Of a DNA stretch of 64,000 nucleotides, positions 45,012 through 56,869 are shown in pieces; positions within the stretch are counted from its first letter, which is position 1; each line of letters starts with the position of its first letter. The notes under the pieces were generated by a model. It searched no databases, was not told the DNA's origin, and saw nothing but the letters and a program-made list of their open reading frames with translations. Both the position numbers and the translations under genes were made by a program. This DNA comes from an uncultured Pseudomonadota bacterium (GTDB lineage Bacteria; Myxococcota_A; Polyangia; Fen-1088): positions 32,001 through 96,000 of the forward strand of contig CAWKBC010000030.1 of NCBI GenBank assembly GCA_963847705.1, written 5' to 3'.

Positions 45012-48000
45012 ATGCGCGCAAAGACCTGGGGCCTTGCTGTTGGTTTGCTGGCCACCGTGCTGAGCGGCGGCGTCGCCCGCGCCGCCGTGTGTGCCTGGCA
45101 GGGCGCCTCGGGTGGTTCGTTCAGCCCCGGCGCCAACTGGTCGTGCGGCGGCACGCCGGGCTCGGGGGACGACGTCTACTTCGATCCCACGATGACGGGC
45201 GCGACCAACAACAGCTGCTTCCTCGACGTCGCCGTCAACGTCAAGTCGATCACCTTTCAGAACGGCTACACCGCGACCGTGACCGCAGGCGCGAACACCG
45301 TGACCGTCACGAACGGCTGGAGCATGTCGACCGGGACGTTCTCGGGCGCCAGCGGCAACATCACGATCGGCGGCAACCTGTCGCTGACGGGCGGCGCCTT
45401 CACCGCCAGCGTCAACACCACTCAGCTCGGCGGGGCTTTCAACAAAGCGGGGGGGGCCTTCAACGCCAACGGCGGCACCATCTTCTTCAGTGGCAGCTCG
45501 GCCCTCTCCCACACCTTCGGCGGGTCGACGCTGGCCAACGTCCAGCTGGGGTTCGGCACCAGCGGCCTGGTCGGGTACTGGAAGCTCGACGAGACGTCGG
45601 GGACCACCGCCGTCGACAGCTCGGGCAGCGGCAACGACGGGACCTGGAGCGCCAGCGGCGTTTCACGGACGGCGTCGGTCCCCGGGACGATCAGCTTCGG
45701 CGATCCCGAGGCGCTCACCCTCGATGGCTCATCCGGCTATGTCACCCTCGGCGTGACCAACCTGCCGGCCAACAACGCCCCGCAGAGCATCAGCCTCTGG
45801 TTTCAGGGGACGCCCAACGCCAACAACCAGAACATGCTGGCGATGAGCAACGTCGGCGCCGGCAGCGCGGTGCAGCTCGGCTTTCGGGGGAGCAGCCTCA
45901 TCGCCTGGAACTACGGGGGTGGCACGCTGGTGAGCACGGCAGCCCCCACCGACAGCGCCTGGCACCAGGTCATCTACACCTACGATGGGGCGACCGACCG
46001 CCTCTATCTCGACGGCGCGCTGGCCGCGACCTCGACCACCGGCACGCACCAGAGCGGGAACCCCACCTCCGCCTACCTCGGGACTTATAGCCCGTCGATG
46101 GAGATGTTCGGGGGCTCGCTCGACGACGTGCGCGTTTACAGCCGGGCGCTCAGCACGGCCGAGGTCACCATCCTGGCCGCGGGGTCGTCTCCGTCGTCGG
46201 TGGCTGCCACCAACACCTTCAACGACGCGTTCGCCTGCACCGGGAGCTTCAACATTCTGGCCGGTGCGGTGACCGGGACGAGCACGCTCACCGTGGGCGG
46301 CAACTGGTTCAACGCGGGCACGTACAGCGGCACCGGCGGGGTGACGCTGAACGGGACCTCGGCTGGCGGAACGCTCACCTCGGGAGGGGCAAGCTTCGGC
46401 GCGCTGACCATCAACGGCAGCGGCGGGATCTACAGCTTGAAGGACCCGCTCTCCGTCACCGGCAACCTCACGATCGCCAGCGGGGCAGGGCTCACCGGCG
46501 CGCAGGCGATCACCGTCGGCGGGAGCTGGTCCAATGCCGGTGCGTTCAGCGACGTCGGGGTCGTCACGCTGACCAGCGCGTCGCCGGCAGCGACGATCAG
46601 CTCGGGGGGCGGTCGCTTCAGCGCGCTGACGATCAACGGCACCGGGACCTACACCCTCCTGGATCGCCTCTGGGTGCCGGGCGGCACGATCACGCTCACC
46701 AACGGGACGCTCAACGGCGGCTCGGCGGTGATCCACGTGGGCGCCTTCTCGATGGGGGCCGGGAGCTTCGCCGTCGGATCCAGCACCGTCGTGTTCGACG
46801 GGCTCGCCTCCCAGTCGCTGCCGTTCTCCAACTTCGCGGGCCTGCGGCTCGAGGCGCCCGCGGAGAACAATCTGGTCGGCTACTGGAAGCTCGACGAAGG
46901 GCAGGGGACGACGCTGCAGGATGTCTCCGGCAACGGGAACACGGGCGCGGCCTCCTCTGCCGGTGTCGCCTGGGGGACGGTCCCGGCGTCGATCCCCTCC
47001 CCGATCGGCTTCGACGACTACGCGTCGCTGACGTTCGACGGCAGCAGCGGCTACGCCCAGCTGGGCGCCAACAACATCCCGGGGACCAGCGCGGCGGTGA
47101 CGATCAGCGCCTGGGTCTACTTCACGAGCGTCGGGGGAAACCAGAACATGGTCGTCCTGGCGGGCGCAGGAAACTACCTCCAGTTCGGCCTTCGCAACGG
47201 TGCCTTCACCGCCTGGCCTTCCGGCGCCGGCACCATGGTGACCGGGCCGGCCGCGGTCACGGGGGGCTGGCACCATGCGGCTTATACCTACGACGGTTCA
47301 TCGGTCGACACGATCTACGTCGACGGCGTCCCGTACACTGGCTCGTTCACCCACCAGGGCGGGGCGACCACCGCCGTCTATCTGGGGACCTTCTCTCCCC
47401 CGCAAGAGCTTCTCTCCGGTGCGCTCGACGACGTGCGCATCTACAACGTGGCGCTGACGGCCAGCCAGGTCGCCCAGCTGGCGGCCGGGCGCTACGCGGG
47501 CACGGGCGGCTACCCCACCACCACGCTCAGCGCCAACACCACCGTCTCCGGCCTGCTGGCGCTCGACGCGGGCGTGCTCAGTGCCAACGGGCGGACCATG
47601 ACGGCCAGCTCGGCCACCGCGGCCGCTCGAGTGAGCTCCGGGACCTACACCGTCGGCGCCGCGGCGCAGAGCTTCGCGGGCGGGCTGACCGTCCAGCCGG
47701 GCGGCGTGCTCACGCTGGCCTCCAGCGGCGGGAGCGTTCAGATCGGCTCGGGCAAGACGCTGACGGTCGACGGGACGCTCAACGCCTCCAACAGCGGCGC
47801 GACGATCGAGGGGATCTCCGGCGCGGGGTACACGTTCCAGGTCGGATCGACCTCGAGCGTGACGCCGGTGCTGAACATCAGCGGCCTGGCGATCCAGAAC
47901 ACCAGTGGCGGCATGCAGATCGGCGCCAGCACCAGCGCGACCACGACCTTCACCAGGTTCGACAACATCGCCTTCAGCGGCGGCACGGGGGCGCAATACC

Positions 48001-49471
48001 TTCTGATCAACGCCAAGTCGCTGTTTCTCTCTTCGAGCGGCTGCAGCTTCGACAGCGGCAGCGCCACCGGCACCACGACCACGGCGGTGACGGCCGTGGG
48101 GGACGGCACCGGCGACGGCGAGACGCGCGCCATCTTCGGCGGCACCAGCTGCGCCACCAACTGGGCGCTGAGCGCGAGCGACAGCGTCTGTGGCGCAGCC
48201 GCCAAGTCGGACGACGACAGCGACGGGAACGGAATCGCCGACAGCGGAACCGCCAGCACCAACGGCGCGATCGTTCAGTTCACGCGTGCCGCGGAGGACG
48301 ACACCGCCGGATCGGTGGTCGGCTTCCCGACCGCCGCCTTCGACTGGAGCACGTTCACCTACTATTCAACCTACGTGGCGCTTCACAACGCCGCCTCGGG
48401 GAGCAACGACGTCATCTACGTCCGCGACGAGCTGGGCAATCCGCTCTATTCCTGGACCGTCCCGGCGGCGGGCGAAGCGATCACCGGAACGCCCCAGTGG
48501 ACCACGATCGGCTCCACACACTACCTGTTCGTGGCCACCAGCGCGGGGCACGTCTACAAGCTGATCGACACGGCGACCGGCACCACCTCCGGGACGCTCT
48601 CCCTCGACGGCACCAGCTGGGCGACCAATCCGTACGACTGCGCCTGCACGATCAGCACGCCCCTGGCCCAGGACGCCAGCAACCTCTATTTCGGCAGCAC
48701 CACCAGCAACCGGAGCTTCTTCACCGTCGGGCAGGCCAGCGAGTCCATCCCCTCGGGCTCGCCCATCACCATCGGCCAGGCGGTGACCAACAACGCCCCC
48801 AGCATCGCGACGATCGGCTCGACCGCCTACGCCTTCCTGGGGCTGGCGGGCGCCGTCATCAAGATCAGCGCGCTCTCCCAGACGACGACCTTCATCAACA
48901 GCTCGCCCGGTGTGCAGTCGATCTTCGGGCGGATCGTGCTCGGGACCAACGGCAGCACCACCCGCGTCTACGCCGGCGACGACGGCGGGACGATGTGGGC
49001 CCTCGACGCTGCCGGCAACTTCACCACCAGCGGCGGCCTCTGGAAGTACGCCATCGCCGGCGACCAGATCAAGAGCTCGCCGTACTACGATCAGGGGACC
49101 GACACCATCCAGTACGGGACGCAGAACGGGGCCATCAACGTCCTCGGGGGCAGTGGCGCCGTGCTGAACGCCGGCTATCCGTACACACCCTCGGCCGGTG
49201 ACGCGATCACGGCTGCGCCGCTCTACTACAACGGCGTCCTGGTGGTCGGCTCGACGGGGGGAAGCTCTACTTCCTCGACCGCAACACCGGGACCACCGCT
49301 GCCGTCTCGATCATGCGCGAGTACAACTTCGGCGCATCGGAGTCCGTCTCCGGCGTCGGGTTCGACCCGACCGCGAACCGCTACATGGTCACCACCGCCA
49401 ACTCGGCCAGCAACGACGGGCGCCTCTACTATTTCGATCTCCTCACCGACCCGACACCGGGCTCCCTTTGA
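45012..49471 (+). CDS. Large secreted protein with two LamG-like jellyroll domains, beta-solenoid repeats and a C-terminal propeller; frameshifted at 49256-49261
   Basis: Signal peptide; LVGYWKLDE...LDDVR twice; adding one G to the G6 run restores GSTGGKLYFLDR...DPTPGSL with TGA at 49469-49471. Confidence 0.82.
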
Positions 49472-49473
49472 CC

Positions 49474-52044
49474 ATGCGCCACAGCCTCCACGGATTCTGC
49501 CGCTTCGTCCCCGCCGCGCTGGCCGGGGCGATGGCGATCGCCGCGCCGACCGCCGCCCGCGCCGACGACTGGGCGACGCCTGGCCTCGACGCCGCGCGCA
49601 GCCGGCTGTCGGCCGAGCGCTCGGGGGCCGGATTCACCGACGGGCACTGGTCGTTCACGCCGCGGACGGCGGCGCGCGCGCTGGCGAGCCCGGTGGTGGC
49701 CGAAGGGTTCGCCGTCAGCGCCGACCTCGACGGGACGGTGAACGTGGTGCAGGCCGACAGCGGCAAGCTGGTCTGGGCCGCGTCGGCCGGGGCGCCCGTA
49801 CAGGGAACGCCGGCCATCGCGCACGGACGGCTGTTCGTGCCGACGCTCGGCAACAAGGTGGTGGCCTTCGGTCTCGCGGACGGGGCGCTGCTCTGGAGCA
49901 CGAACGTCGGGGGGATGACCATGTCGTCGCCGGCGCCGGTGGGGAGCGACATCGTCTTCGCGGCCGGATTCCCGCAGCACCGCGTGCTTCGCCTGGACGG
50001 TGCGACGGGGGCGCTGCTCTGGCAGAGCCCCGCTGTCATCGATCAGCCGGCGAACAGCTCGCCCGCGGTGTCGGCGGGGCTGGTGGTGGTGGGGAGCAAT
50101 GGCGGGCACTACTACGCGTTCGACGCGGCCACCGGTGCCGCCCGCTGGGACTACCAGGCCGACGGCGTGGTGCACCTGGCCTCACCGCTGATCGCGGGCG
50201 GACGCGTCTACATGGCGGGGGGGGACGACAGCGATCGGGTGCACGCCGTGGATGTGGCGACGGGGACCGCCGTCCCGGGCTGGCCGGTGAGCCTCCCTGC
50301 CCCGGATCCGGATGTGGCCGGGACTCGGCTCGATCGGCACCGGGCCGTGTCGTCCTTCGCCGCGGCGGGGGGGAACGTGGTGCTCGAGACCCGGCTCGAC
50401 GACATGATCGACAGCGACGGTGACGGGGCGCCGGATCAATACCTGTCGCGCGAGATGGTGGTGGCGCTGGGGGCGGGCACCGGCAACGTCGTGTGGCAAA
50501 GATCGCTCGGCCGGGTGCTGTTCACCGATCCGAACGACGTTCCGAAGTTCTTCGTCTGCCCGACGCCGGCGGCGTTCGGAAGCGACAGCGGGACGCCGTT
50601 CTTGGCGGTGGCCTCCTCCCTGGCCGCCCGGGTGAGCATCCTCGACGCGTCGACGGGTGCTGACGACGGCGACCTGACGGTGGCGGGACGCGCGCTGGCG
50701 TCGCCGGTGATGGCGAACGGGCGGGTCGTCACCGCGGCGGAGAACGGTACGGTCGAAGCGCAGCTGTCGAGCGTGAACCACCCGCCCACGGCGCCGGTGC
50801 TGGCGGCGAACCCGCGCCCGCTCGACGCGGCGGACGTGAGCCTGCACTGGTCGGCGGCGATGGATCTCGACGGCGAGCAGCCGACATACGAGCTGCGGAT
50901 CGATTCCGACGGGGAGGTGCTGGAGAGCTACGCGCAGCAGATCTTCCCGGGGCAAGGGGTGACGTCACTGGTCGTGACGGCGCCGCTCGCGCCAGGCGTG
51001 ACCTACACCTTCGCAGTGCGGGCGCGGGATCCGCACGGGGCCCTCTCCCCCTGGTCGGCGCCGGAGACGTTCACCGTGGTGACGGCCGGGACCGTCACGG
51101 TCAACGGGACGCCGGCCGCAAATCTGCGGAGCGCGGTGGCTGCGGCGCAGGCCGGAGATCTGATCGCGCTCGGCGCCGGGACCTATCCCGTGTCGGACAC
51201 CTTGCAGGTGGCGGGGGGGGTCAGCGTGCGCGGCGCGGGCGCCGGCCGGACCACCATCGACGCCACGGGGCTGGCGGTCGGGGTGCGCTTTGCTGGAACG
51301 GATCCGAAATCGCCCACGGTGCTGGACCGGGTGACGGTGACGGGCGCCGCCACCTGTGTCGCGGTGGACAGCGGCGCGACCGGCCTCCAGCTGACGCACC
51401 TCGTGGTGCGCGATTGCGCGACCGCGGGAATCGCGGTGGCGGCCGGTGGCGGCGCCGAGATCGCCAACGCCACGGTGGCGACGAACGGGCTGGGGGTCGA
51501 CGCGACGGGGATCGCGACGATCAAGAACAGCCTGGTGACCGGCAATGACGTCGGCTTGAAGAGCGAGGGGACGGGCGATCTGGTCAGCAGCTACGACGAT
51601 CTGTTCGGCAACACCACCGCGTACGAAGGCCTGGTGGCCGGAACCGGCGACCTGGCAGCGGCGGTGACGTTCCTCGATCTGGCGGGGCACAACCTGATGC
51701 TCTCGGGACCGCAGCCGTCGACCGACCAGGGAGACCCGACGGACGCGGTGGGCGAGGAGCCGACGCCCAACGGCGGGCGCATCAACCTGGGCGCGTTCGG
51801 CGGAACGGCCGACGCCGAGTTGAGCAGACCGGCCGCCGTCGACGGCGATGCGGGCACCTCGACGCCGACCCCCTCGACCCCGGCGGGGCTCCCTCCGGGG
51901 GAGACCCCACCGCACCAGATTGGCGAGGCCGCGGATGGCTGTGCGCTCGGCGGCCCTGCCCGCGACGCTGCGGCCGAGACTTCCTTGATCTTGGTCCTGG
52001 CGGCGCTGGCGATCGCGCGCCGACGGACCGGCGCGCGATCGTAG
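49474..52044 (+). CDS. PQQ-like beta-propeller, FN3 and right-handed beta-helix surface protein with MYXO-CTERM-like tail
   Basis: Signal peptide, PQQ repeats (AFDAATGAARW), FN3 (YTFAVRARD), RINLGAFGGT; GCALGG...LILVLAALAIARRR. Confidence 0.82.
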   Translation: MRHSLHGFCRFVPAALAGAMAIAAPTAARADDWATPGLDAARSRLSAERSGAGFTDGHWSFTPRTAARALASPVVAEGFAVSADLDGTVNVVQADSGKLVWAASAGAPVQGTPAIAHGRLFVPTLGNKVVAFGLADGALLWSTNVGGMTMSSPAPVGSDIVFAAGFPQHRVLRLDGATGALLWQSPAVIDQPANSSPAVSAGLVVVGSNGGHYYAFDAATGAARWDYQADGVVHLASPLIAGGRVYMAGGDDSDRVHAVDVATGTAVPGWPVSLPAPDPDVAGTRLDRHRAVSSFAAAGGNVVLETRLDDMIDSDGDGAPDQYLSREMVVALGAGTGNVVWQRSLGRVLFTDPNDVPKFFVCPTPAAFGSDSGTPFLAVASSLAARVSILDASTGADDGDLTVAGRALASPVMANGRVVTAAENGTVEAQLSSVNHPPTAPVLAANPRPLDAADVSLHWSAAMDLDGEQPTYELRIDSDGEVLESYAQQIFPGQGVTSLVVTAPLAPGVTYTFAVRARDPHGALSPWSAPETFTVVTAGTVTVNGTPAANLRSAVAAAQAGDLIALGAGTYPVSDTLQVAGGVSVRGAGAGRTTIDATGLAVGVRFAGTDPKSPTVLDRVTVTGAATCVAVDSGATGLQLTHLVVRDCATAGIAVAAGGGAEIANATVATNGLGVDATGIATIKNSLVTGNDVGLKSEGTGDLVSSYDDLFGNTTAYEGLVAGTGDLAAAVTFLDLAGHNLMLSGPQPSTDQGDPTDAVGEEPTPNGGRINLGAFGGTADAELSRPAAVDGDAGTSTPTPSTPAGLPPGETPPHQIGEAADGCALGGPARDAAAETSLILVLAALAIARRRTGARS

Positions 52045-52110
52045 CAGGGCGCCCGAGGTTCGCGGCGTGTTACCTTTCGTCGAGGGGCGGCGAAGCTTGC
52101 CGTTGCGCGA

Positions 52111-54006
52111 ATGAGCGCTGGACGAACAACGGCCGAGTTGGAAGAGCGAAGCGAACCCCCCGAAGAGGCTCAGCGGCGTTCGCGGTTTCTGATCTCGGCC
52201 AGCGCCACGCTCTCCGAGTCGCTCGACTACGAACGGACGCTGCAGCGGGTGGCCGAGCTCTCCGTTCCCGACATCGCCGATTGGTGCACGGTCACCATCG
52301 TCGACGAGGTGGGTGAGGCCCGCCGGCTGGCGGTGGTGCACGCCGATCCCGCCAAGCGGGAGCTGGCCGCCGAGTACAAGATGAAGTTCCCCCCCACCGA
52401 GCACCGCAGCGGCCAGCTGGCCGGCGTGCTCAAGGGGGGAGCCGCCGCGCTCAGCGTGCGCGTCACCGACGAGGATCTCGTGCGCGCCGCCCAGACCGGG
52501 GATCACCTGCGCATCATGCGCGGGCTCGGGTGCGCGTCGTGCGTGATGGTTCCCATGGTGGTGCGGGGCGAGATCCTGGGCGTGATCTCGCTGATGCGCG
52601 GCGAAGGGCGCCTCCCCTACGGCAAGGGCGACGTCGAGACGGCCGGGGAGCTGGCCCACCGCGCGGCGCTGGCCATCGACAACGCGCGGCTTTACCGGGA
52701 AGCGCGGCGGCGCGAGGGGACGATGCGGTTCTTCGCCGAGGCGAGCACGCTCCTCTCGAGCTCCCTCGACCACGTCTCGATCTGCGAACGGCTGGCGCAT
52801 CTGGTGGTGCCGTCGTTCGCCGACTGGTGCGGCGTCGAGCTGGCCGAGGCGGGGGAGCTGCGTTCGATCGCCATCGCCCACGTCGACAGCGCCAAGGTGG
52901 AGACGGCCCGGCAGATGCGCCTGCGCTATCCCCCCGATGCGGCGGCGGCGCACGGTCCCCACGCGGTGCTCCGGACGGGACGTGCCGAGCTGGTGGCCGA
53001 GGTCACCGAGGCGATGGCGGTGCGCGGCGCGCGCAACGAAGAGCACCTCGAGTTCATCCGCGACCTCGGGCTGCGGTCGGTGCTGATCGTCCCGCTGGTG
53101 GCGGGCGGCCGCCCGATCGGCGTTCTCAACCTGGTCTGGGCGGAGTCAAACCGTCGCTACGGACCGGAGGATCTCGAGACGATGCGCGAGCTCGGCCGCC
53201 GGGCCGGGCTGGCCGTGGAGAACGCGCGGCTCTACAACGAGGCGCGGGCGGCGGTGAAGCTGCGCGATGAGTTTCTCTCGATCGCCAGCCACGAGCTCAA
53301 GACGCCCCTCACCAGCCTGCGGCTGAAGGTGGATGGGATCCTGCGCATCACCGCCAAACCCGAGAAGGCACCTGCCGATCTGGCCAAGCTCGCCTCCCGG
53401 GTTCAGGGGGTCGACAAGCAACTCGGGCGTCTCACCGAGCTGGTCGATGCGCTGCTCGATGTCAGCCGCGCCGCGGCCGGACAGCTGCAGCTCCGCCTGG
53501 AGGATGTCGATCTGGCCGCGGCGGCTCAGGCAGTGGCCGAACGGTTCAAGGACGATCTCGCCTCCGCCGGCTGCTCGCTGTCGGTGGTCGTGACGGGCCC
53601 GGCGGGAACCAAGACCGCGATTCACGGGCGCTGGGATCGCCTGCGCCTCGACGAGGTGCTCACCAATTTTCTCTCCAACGCCATCAAGTACGGCGCCGGG
53701 AAACCGATCCAGATTCGGGTTTCGGCGACCGAGAGCGTGGCCACGCTGGAGATCGAGGATCAGGGGATCGGCATCTCGCCCGACGATCAGCAGCGGCTCT
53801 TCGAGCGCTTCGCGCGCGTCGTCTCGCCGGAGCACTACGGCGGTTTCGGCCTCGGTCTCTGGATCGTCAAGCTGCTGGTCGAGGCGATGGGGGGGAAGGT
53901 CGCCGTCCGCAGCGCCGTCGGCACGGGCTCTGTCTTCAGTGCGGAGCTGCCGCGCCGGGCGCCAGCGAACGGGCAAGCCAAGCGCAAAGGACACCCCGGC
54001 GCGTGA
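52111..54006 (+). CDS. Cytoplasmic GAF-GAF sensor histidine kinase
   Basis: Two GAF repeats (ADWC...LAIDNARLY), H-box ASHELKTPL, N-box NAIKY, DQGIG, GFGLGL. Confidence 0.94.
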   Translation: MSAGRTTAELEERSEPPEEAQRRSRFLISASATLSESLDYERTLQRVAELSVPDIADWCTVTIVDEVGEARRLAVVHADPAKRELAAEYKMKFPPTEHRSGQLAGVLKGGAAALSVRVTDEDLVRAAQTGDHLRIMRGLGCASCVMVPMVVRGEILGVISLMRGEGRLPYGKGDVETAGELAHRAALAIDNARLYREARRREGTMRFFAEASTLLSSSLDHVSICERLAHLVVPSFADWCGVELAEAGELRSIAIAHVDSAKVETARQMRLRYPPDAAAAHGPHAVLRTGRAELVAEVTEAMAVRGARNEEHLEFIRDLGLRSVLIVPLVAGGRPIGVLNLVWAESNRRYGPEDLETMRELGRRAGLAVENARLYNEARAAVKLRDEFLSIASHELKTPLTSLRLKVDGILRITAKPEKAPADLAKLASRVQGVDKQLGRLTELVDALLDVSRAAAGQLQLRLEDVDLAAAAQAVAERFKDDLASAGCSLSVVVTGPAGTKTAIHGRWDRLRLDEVLTNFLSNAIKYGAGKPIQIRVSATESVATLEIEDQGIGISPDDQQRLFERFARVVSPEHYGGFGLGLWIVKLLVEAMGGKVAVRSAVGTGSVFSAELPRRAPANGQAKRKGHPGA

Positions 54007-54389
54007 CCGCGCTCAGCCCCGACTGCCAGCGGCTGGTCCTGGTCGTCGACGACGACGAGTCGATTCGCGAATCGCTGGCCGATCTGCTGGGCGACGAGGG
54101 GTACCGGGTGCAGACCGCCAACAACGGTGCCGAAGCGTTGAGCCTGCTGCGCCCGCCCGCTCAGCTCCGACCCTGCGTGATCCTGCTCGACCTGATGATG
54201 CCGGTCATGAACGGCCAGGAGTTCTACGTCCAGCAGCAGCGCGACCCAGCCCTCGCCACGATCCCCGTCGTCGTCATCTCCGCCGACAAGAACCTGGCGA
54301 TGAAGGCCTCTGGCATCAACGGCGAGTTTCTCCCCAAGCCGGTTCGCCTGGACACCGTGCTCGGCGTCCTCGGCCGTCACTGTCCCTGA
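54003..54389 (+). CDS. Single-domain response regulator
   Basis: VVDDD, LLDLMMP, ISA, KP; GTGA overlap with the kinase. Confidence 0.93.
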   Translation: MTALSPDCQRLVLVVDDDESIRESLADLLGDEGYRVQTANNGAEALSLLRPPAQLRPCVILLDLMMPVMNGQEFYVQQQRDPALATIPVVVISADKNLAMKASGINGEFLPKPVRLDTVLGVLGRHCP

Positions 54390-54616
54390 CCGCGCCCGCC
54401 GCCGTTCGAAAAAGTGGCCGGCCGCGCCCCCAGAAAAGAGCGCGGCCGGCCGGTCGGGTCAGGCTAAGTTAAGGGCAGGCAAGGCCGGCGGTGCAGGTCC
54501 ACTTGCCCCCGCCGCCGCCATGGGGGGCGCAGAGACAGTGCATCCGCGTTTCGGCGGTGCAGGTGGCCTGGGGAGGGAAACGGTCAGGCAAGAGCTCCGG
54601 GTCATTCGTCTCCCTC

Positions 54617-55008
54617 TCATGAAGTGGTCAATCCTTGGTGCCGGCCGGCGGCCGGGCGGTTGAAGCGCCAGAACTGCCCGAGCGAGATGGGCGGCTCGCA
54701 GAATCCGCCGATGCAGAAGGTGGAGCAGCAGTCGGTGTCCGTGGTGCAGGCGCCGCTGACCGGCTGGCAGCTGCTGGCAGGGGGGCGCAGCTTCCAGTCG
54801 CGCAGCTGTTGCTGCAGCAGGCCGCGTTGCCGGTACAGGCCGCTCCGTTGGCGGTGCAGGGGGTCTTGCAGACATGGCCGGCGGGGTCGCAGGCGCCGCG
54901 GCAGCACTGCGCGTCCGCGGTGCAAGCGGCCCCTTCGGCGAAGCTTTTCGTGCATGGCGCTATCGTGCCGACGCGCGCCCGCACGGTTGAAATCGTCGGC
55001 GCCTTCAT
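54617..55008 (-). pseudogene. Cys-rich repeat protein fragment (CxxDxxCC units), frameshifted at 54780-54785
   Basis: Three GxAC...CC...C units split over two frames at a C6 run; no signal peptide seen. Confidence 0.5.
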
Positions 55009-55041
55009 CCGCGCGGCGCCTTCGCGCTACTCTGAAGGCGC

Positions 55042-56169
55042 GTGGCCGCGTTTCATTCCATGGCGATGGTGATGGCGACCGCTCTGCTCGGTGCCGCGGC
55101 GCCCCCCACGCCGGCGAGCGATCCGGTCGTGCTGTGGCTCGGCCCCTTCGACGGCAGCGCGCTCGACGGGGCGGCGCTGCTCGAAGCGGTCTCGGTTTAC
55201 ACCCGCGACCTCAGCCTGGAGACCCGGACCGCCACCGACGTTCCACCGCCCACGCTCGCCGCGCGTGACGCGGGGGTCGACGCGGCGGCGGGGGCGGCAA
55301 TTCGCGCGCACGGAGCCCGCCTCGGGTTCTGGTGCGAGCCGGCGCCGGACGCCCGGACGACGGCGCTCATCATCGTCGACGGTGAGGGGCGGCTCGAGGT
55401 TCGCGTCGTCGACAGCGCGGGGCTCGACGGGCCCGAGCTCCATCGCGCGATCGCGCTCAAGCTCCGCGCGGTGCTGGCGGCGACGATCGGACCGGAGGCG
55501 GCGGCGAGCTCCGGCGAGGCCCCGCGCGCGGCATCGTCGTCGGAAACGCCGGCGGTCATCGTGCCGCCGTCGCCCAGCACCACGGCACCGGCCGCTGCGG
55601 GGGCCCGCGGCGGCGCGGGCGTCGTGGCGCTGGCGGCGACGCCGCCGGAGGCGCGTGGGCCTGGTCGATTCTTCGCCGCGCTCGGCTACCGCCTCTCGAC
55701 CTCGCTCGGCTCCGGGGCGGTTCAGCAAGGCGCCGCCGCCGAGGTGGGCGCGCACCTCGGGCGCGCCGTCGAGCTGGCGCTCGCCGCGGCGCTCGAAACG
55801 CGGGCCCGCGGCGGCGCCAGCGCGGGGACGGTCTCGCTGTTCGATCTCCCGATCGACGTCGAGGCGCGCTGGGTTCGCCGCGGCCCCGGTCGCCTCTCCT
55901 GGGGCGGCGGCGCCTTTGCGACGGTCCATCTCGCCCGGGCCACGGCGACCGCCCCGACGGGCGCCCAACAGACGTCCTTCGACGTGGCGGGCGGTGTCGG
56001 CCTGGCGGCGCTGGTGCGCGGCGCGCTCGGCCGGGGCATCGCGGGCGAAGCGCGCCTTTACACCGAGCTGCCGCTCCCGAGCACGACCTACTGGGTGCAG
56101 GGGACGCCGGTGCTCGATCGCGGTGCCCGCGTCGGCCTCGCGCTGGCGCTGGTTTTTCCGTCCCTGTGA
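55042..56169 (+). CDS. Secreted or outer-membrane protein of the ECF module
   Basis: Signal peptide, N-terminal alpha/beta domain, Pro/Ala linker, amphipathic beta-strand C-terminus. Confidence 0.72.
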   Translation: MAAFHSMAMVMATALLGAAAPPTPASDPVVLWLGPFDGSALDGAALLEAVSVYTRDLSLETRTATDVPPPTLAARDAGVDAAAGAAIRAHGARLGFWCEPAPDARTTALIIVDGEGRLEVRVVDSAGLDGPELHRAIALKLRAVLAATIGPEAAASSGEAPRAASSSETPAVIVPPSPSTTAPAAAGARGGAGVVALAATPPEARGPGRFFAALGYRLSTSLGSGAVQQGAAAEVGAHLGRAVELALAAALETRARGGASAGTVSLFDLPIDVEARWVRRGPGRLSWGGGAFATVHLARATATAPTGAQQTSFDVAGGVGLAALVRGALGRGIAGEARLYTELPLPSTTYWVQGTPVLDRGARVGLALALVFPSL

Positions 56170-56242
56170 CGCGGTGCGACCGCCGTTGCGACTTCGGGGG
56201 CGACCTTTCAACCAAAACCCGCCCCTGGGGTACGATCCGGGT

Positions 56243-56869
56243 GTGGGCGATCCGCGCGACGCGACCTCCCCGACCACCCCCGGCGACGAGCCGGCGCTGG
56301 TGGCCGGCTGCCGGGCCCACGATCCGGCCAGCCTGGAGGCCTTTTTTCGCGCCCATGCCCGCTACGTCGAGCGCGTGATCGCCCGCCTGACCGGACCGAC
56401 GCCCGATCTCGAGGATCTGGTCCAGACCACGTTCATTCAAGCCTTCCAGAGCTTCGGGCGCTTCCGCGGCGAGGCGAGCCTCAAGACCTGGGTCACCCGG
56501 ATCGCGGTGCACGTGGCGTTGCACCAGCTGCGCGCCGGCGTGCGGCGGGCCCTGCCGCTCGAGCTCGTGCCCGAGAGTCAGGAGCCGGTGGATCTGGCGC
56601 CCCGCGCCAATCAGGAGGCCTCCAGCCGTCAGCTCGCGCGGCGCTTGCACGCGCTGCTGGACGGGATCGGGCCCAAAAAACGCGTGGCCTTTCTGCTCTA
56701 CACCGTGGAGGAGAATTCGATCGAGGAGGTCGCGGCCCTGACCGGCGCCAGCAAGGCGGCGACGAAGTCGCGCATCTGGTTCGCCCGGCGCGAGCTGATG
56801 GCCTTGGTGAAGGAGAATCCCGATCTCGCGCCGCTCATCGACGCCGCGGAGGGGCAGCCGTGGCGCTGA
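56243..56869 (+). CDS. ECF RNA polymerase sigma factor
   Basis: DLEDLVQTTF, FRGEASLKTWVTRIA, region 4 SIEEVAALTG...KSRIWFAR. Confidence 0.92.
   Translation: MGDPRDATSPTTPGDEPALVAGCRAHDPASLEAFFRAHARYVERVIARLTGPTPDLEDLVQTTFIQAFQSFGRFRGEASLKTWVTRIAVHVALHQLRAGVRRALPLELVPESQEPVDLAPRANQEASSRQLARRLHALLDGIGPKKRVAFLLYTVEENSIEEVAALTGASKAATKSRIWFARRELMALVKENPDLAPLIDAAEGQPWR

Noticed and set aside
49262-50423. C-terminal 390 aa of the 1803-aa ORF
   Set aside because: Out-of-frame Arg-rich read-through after a homopolymer deletion; overlaps the real gene starting at 49474.
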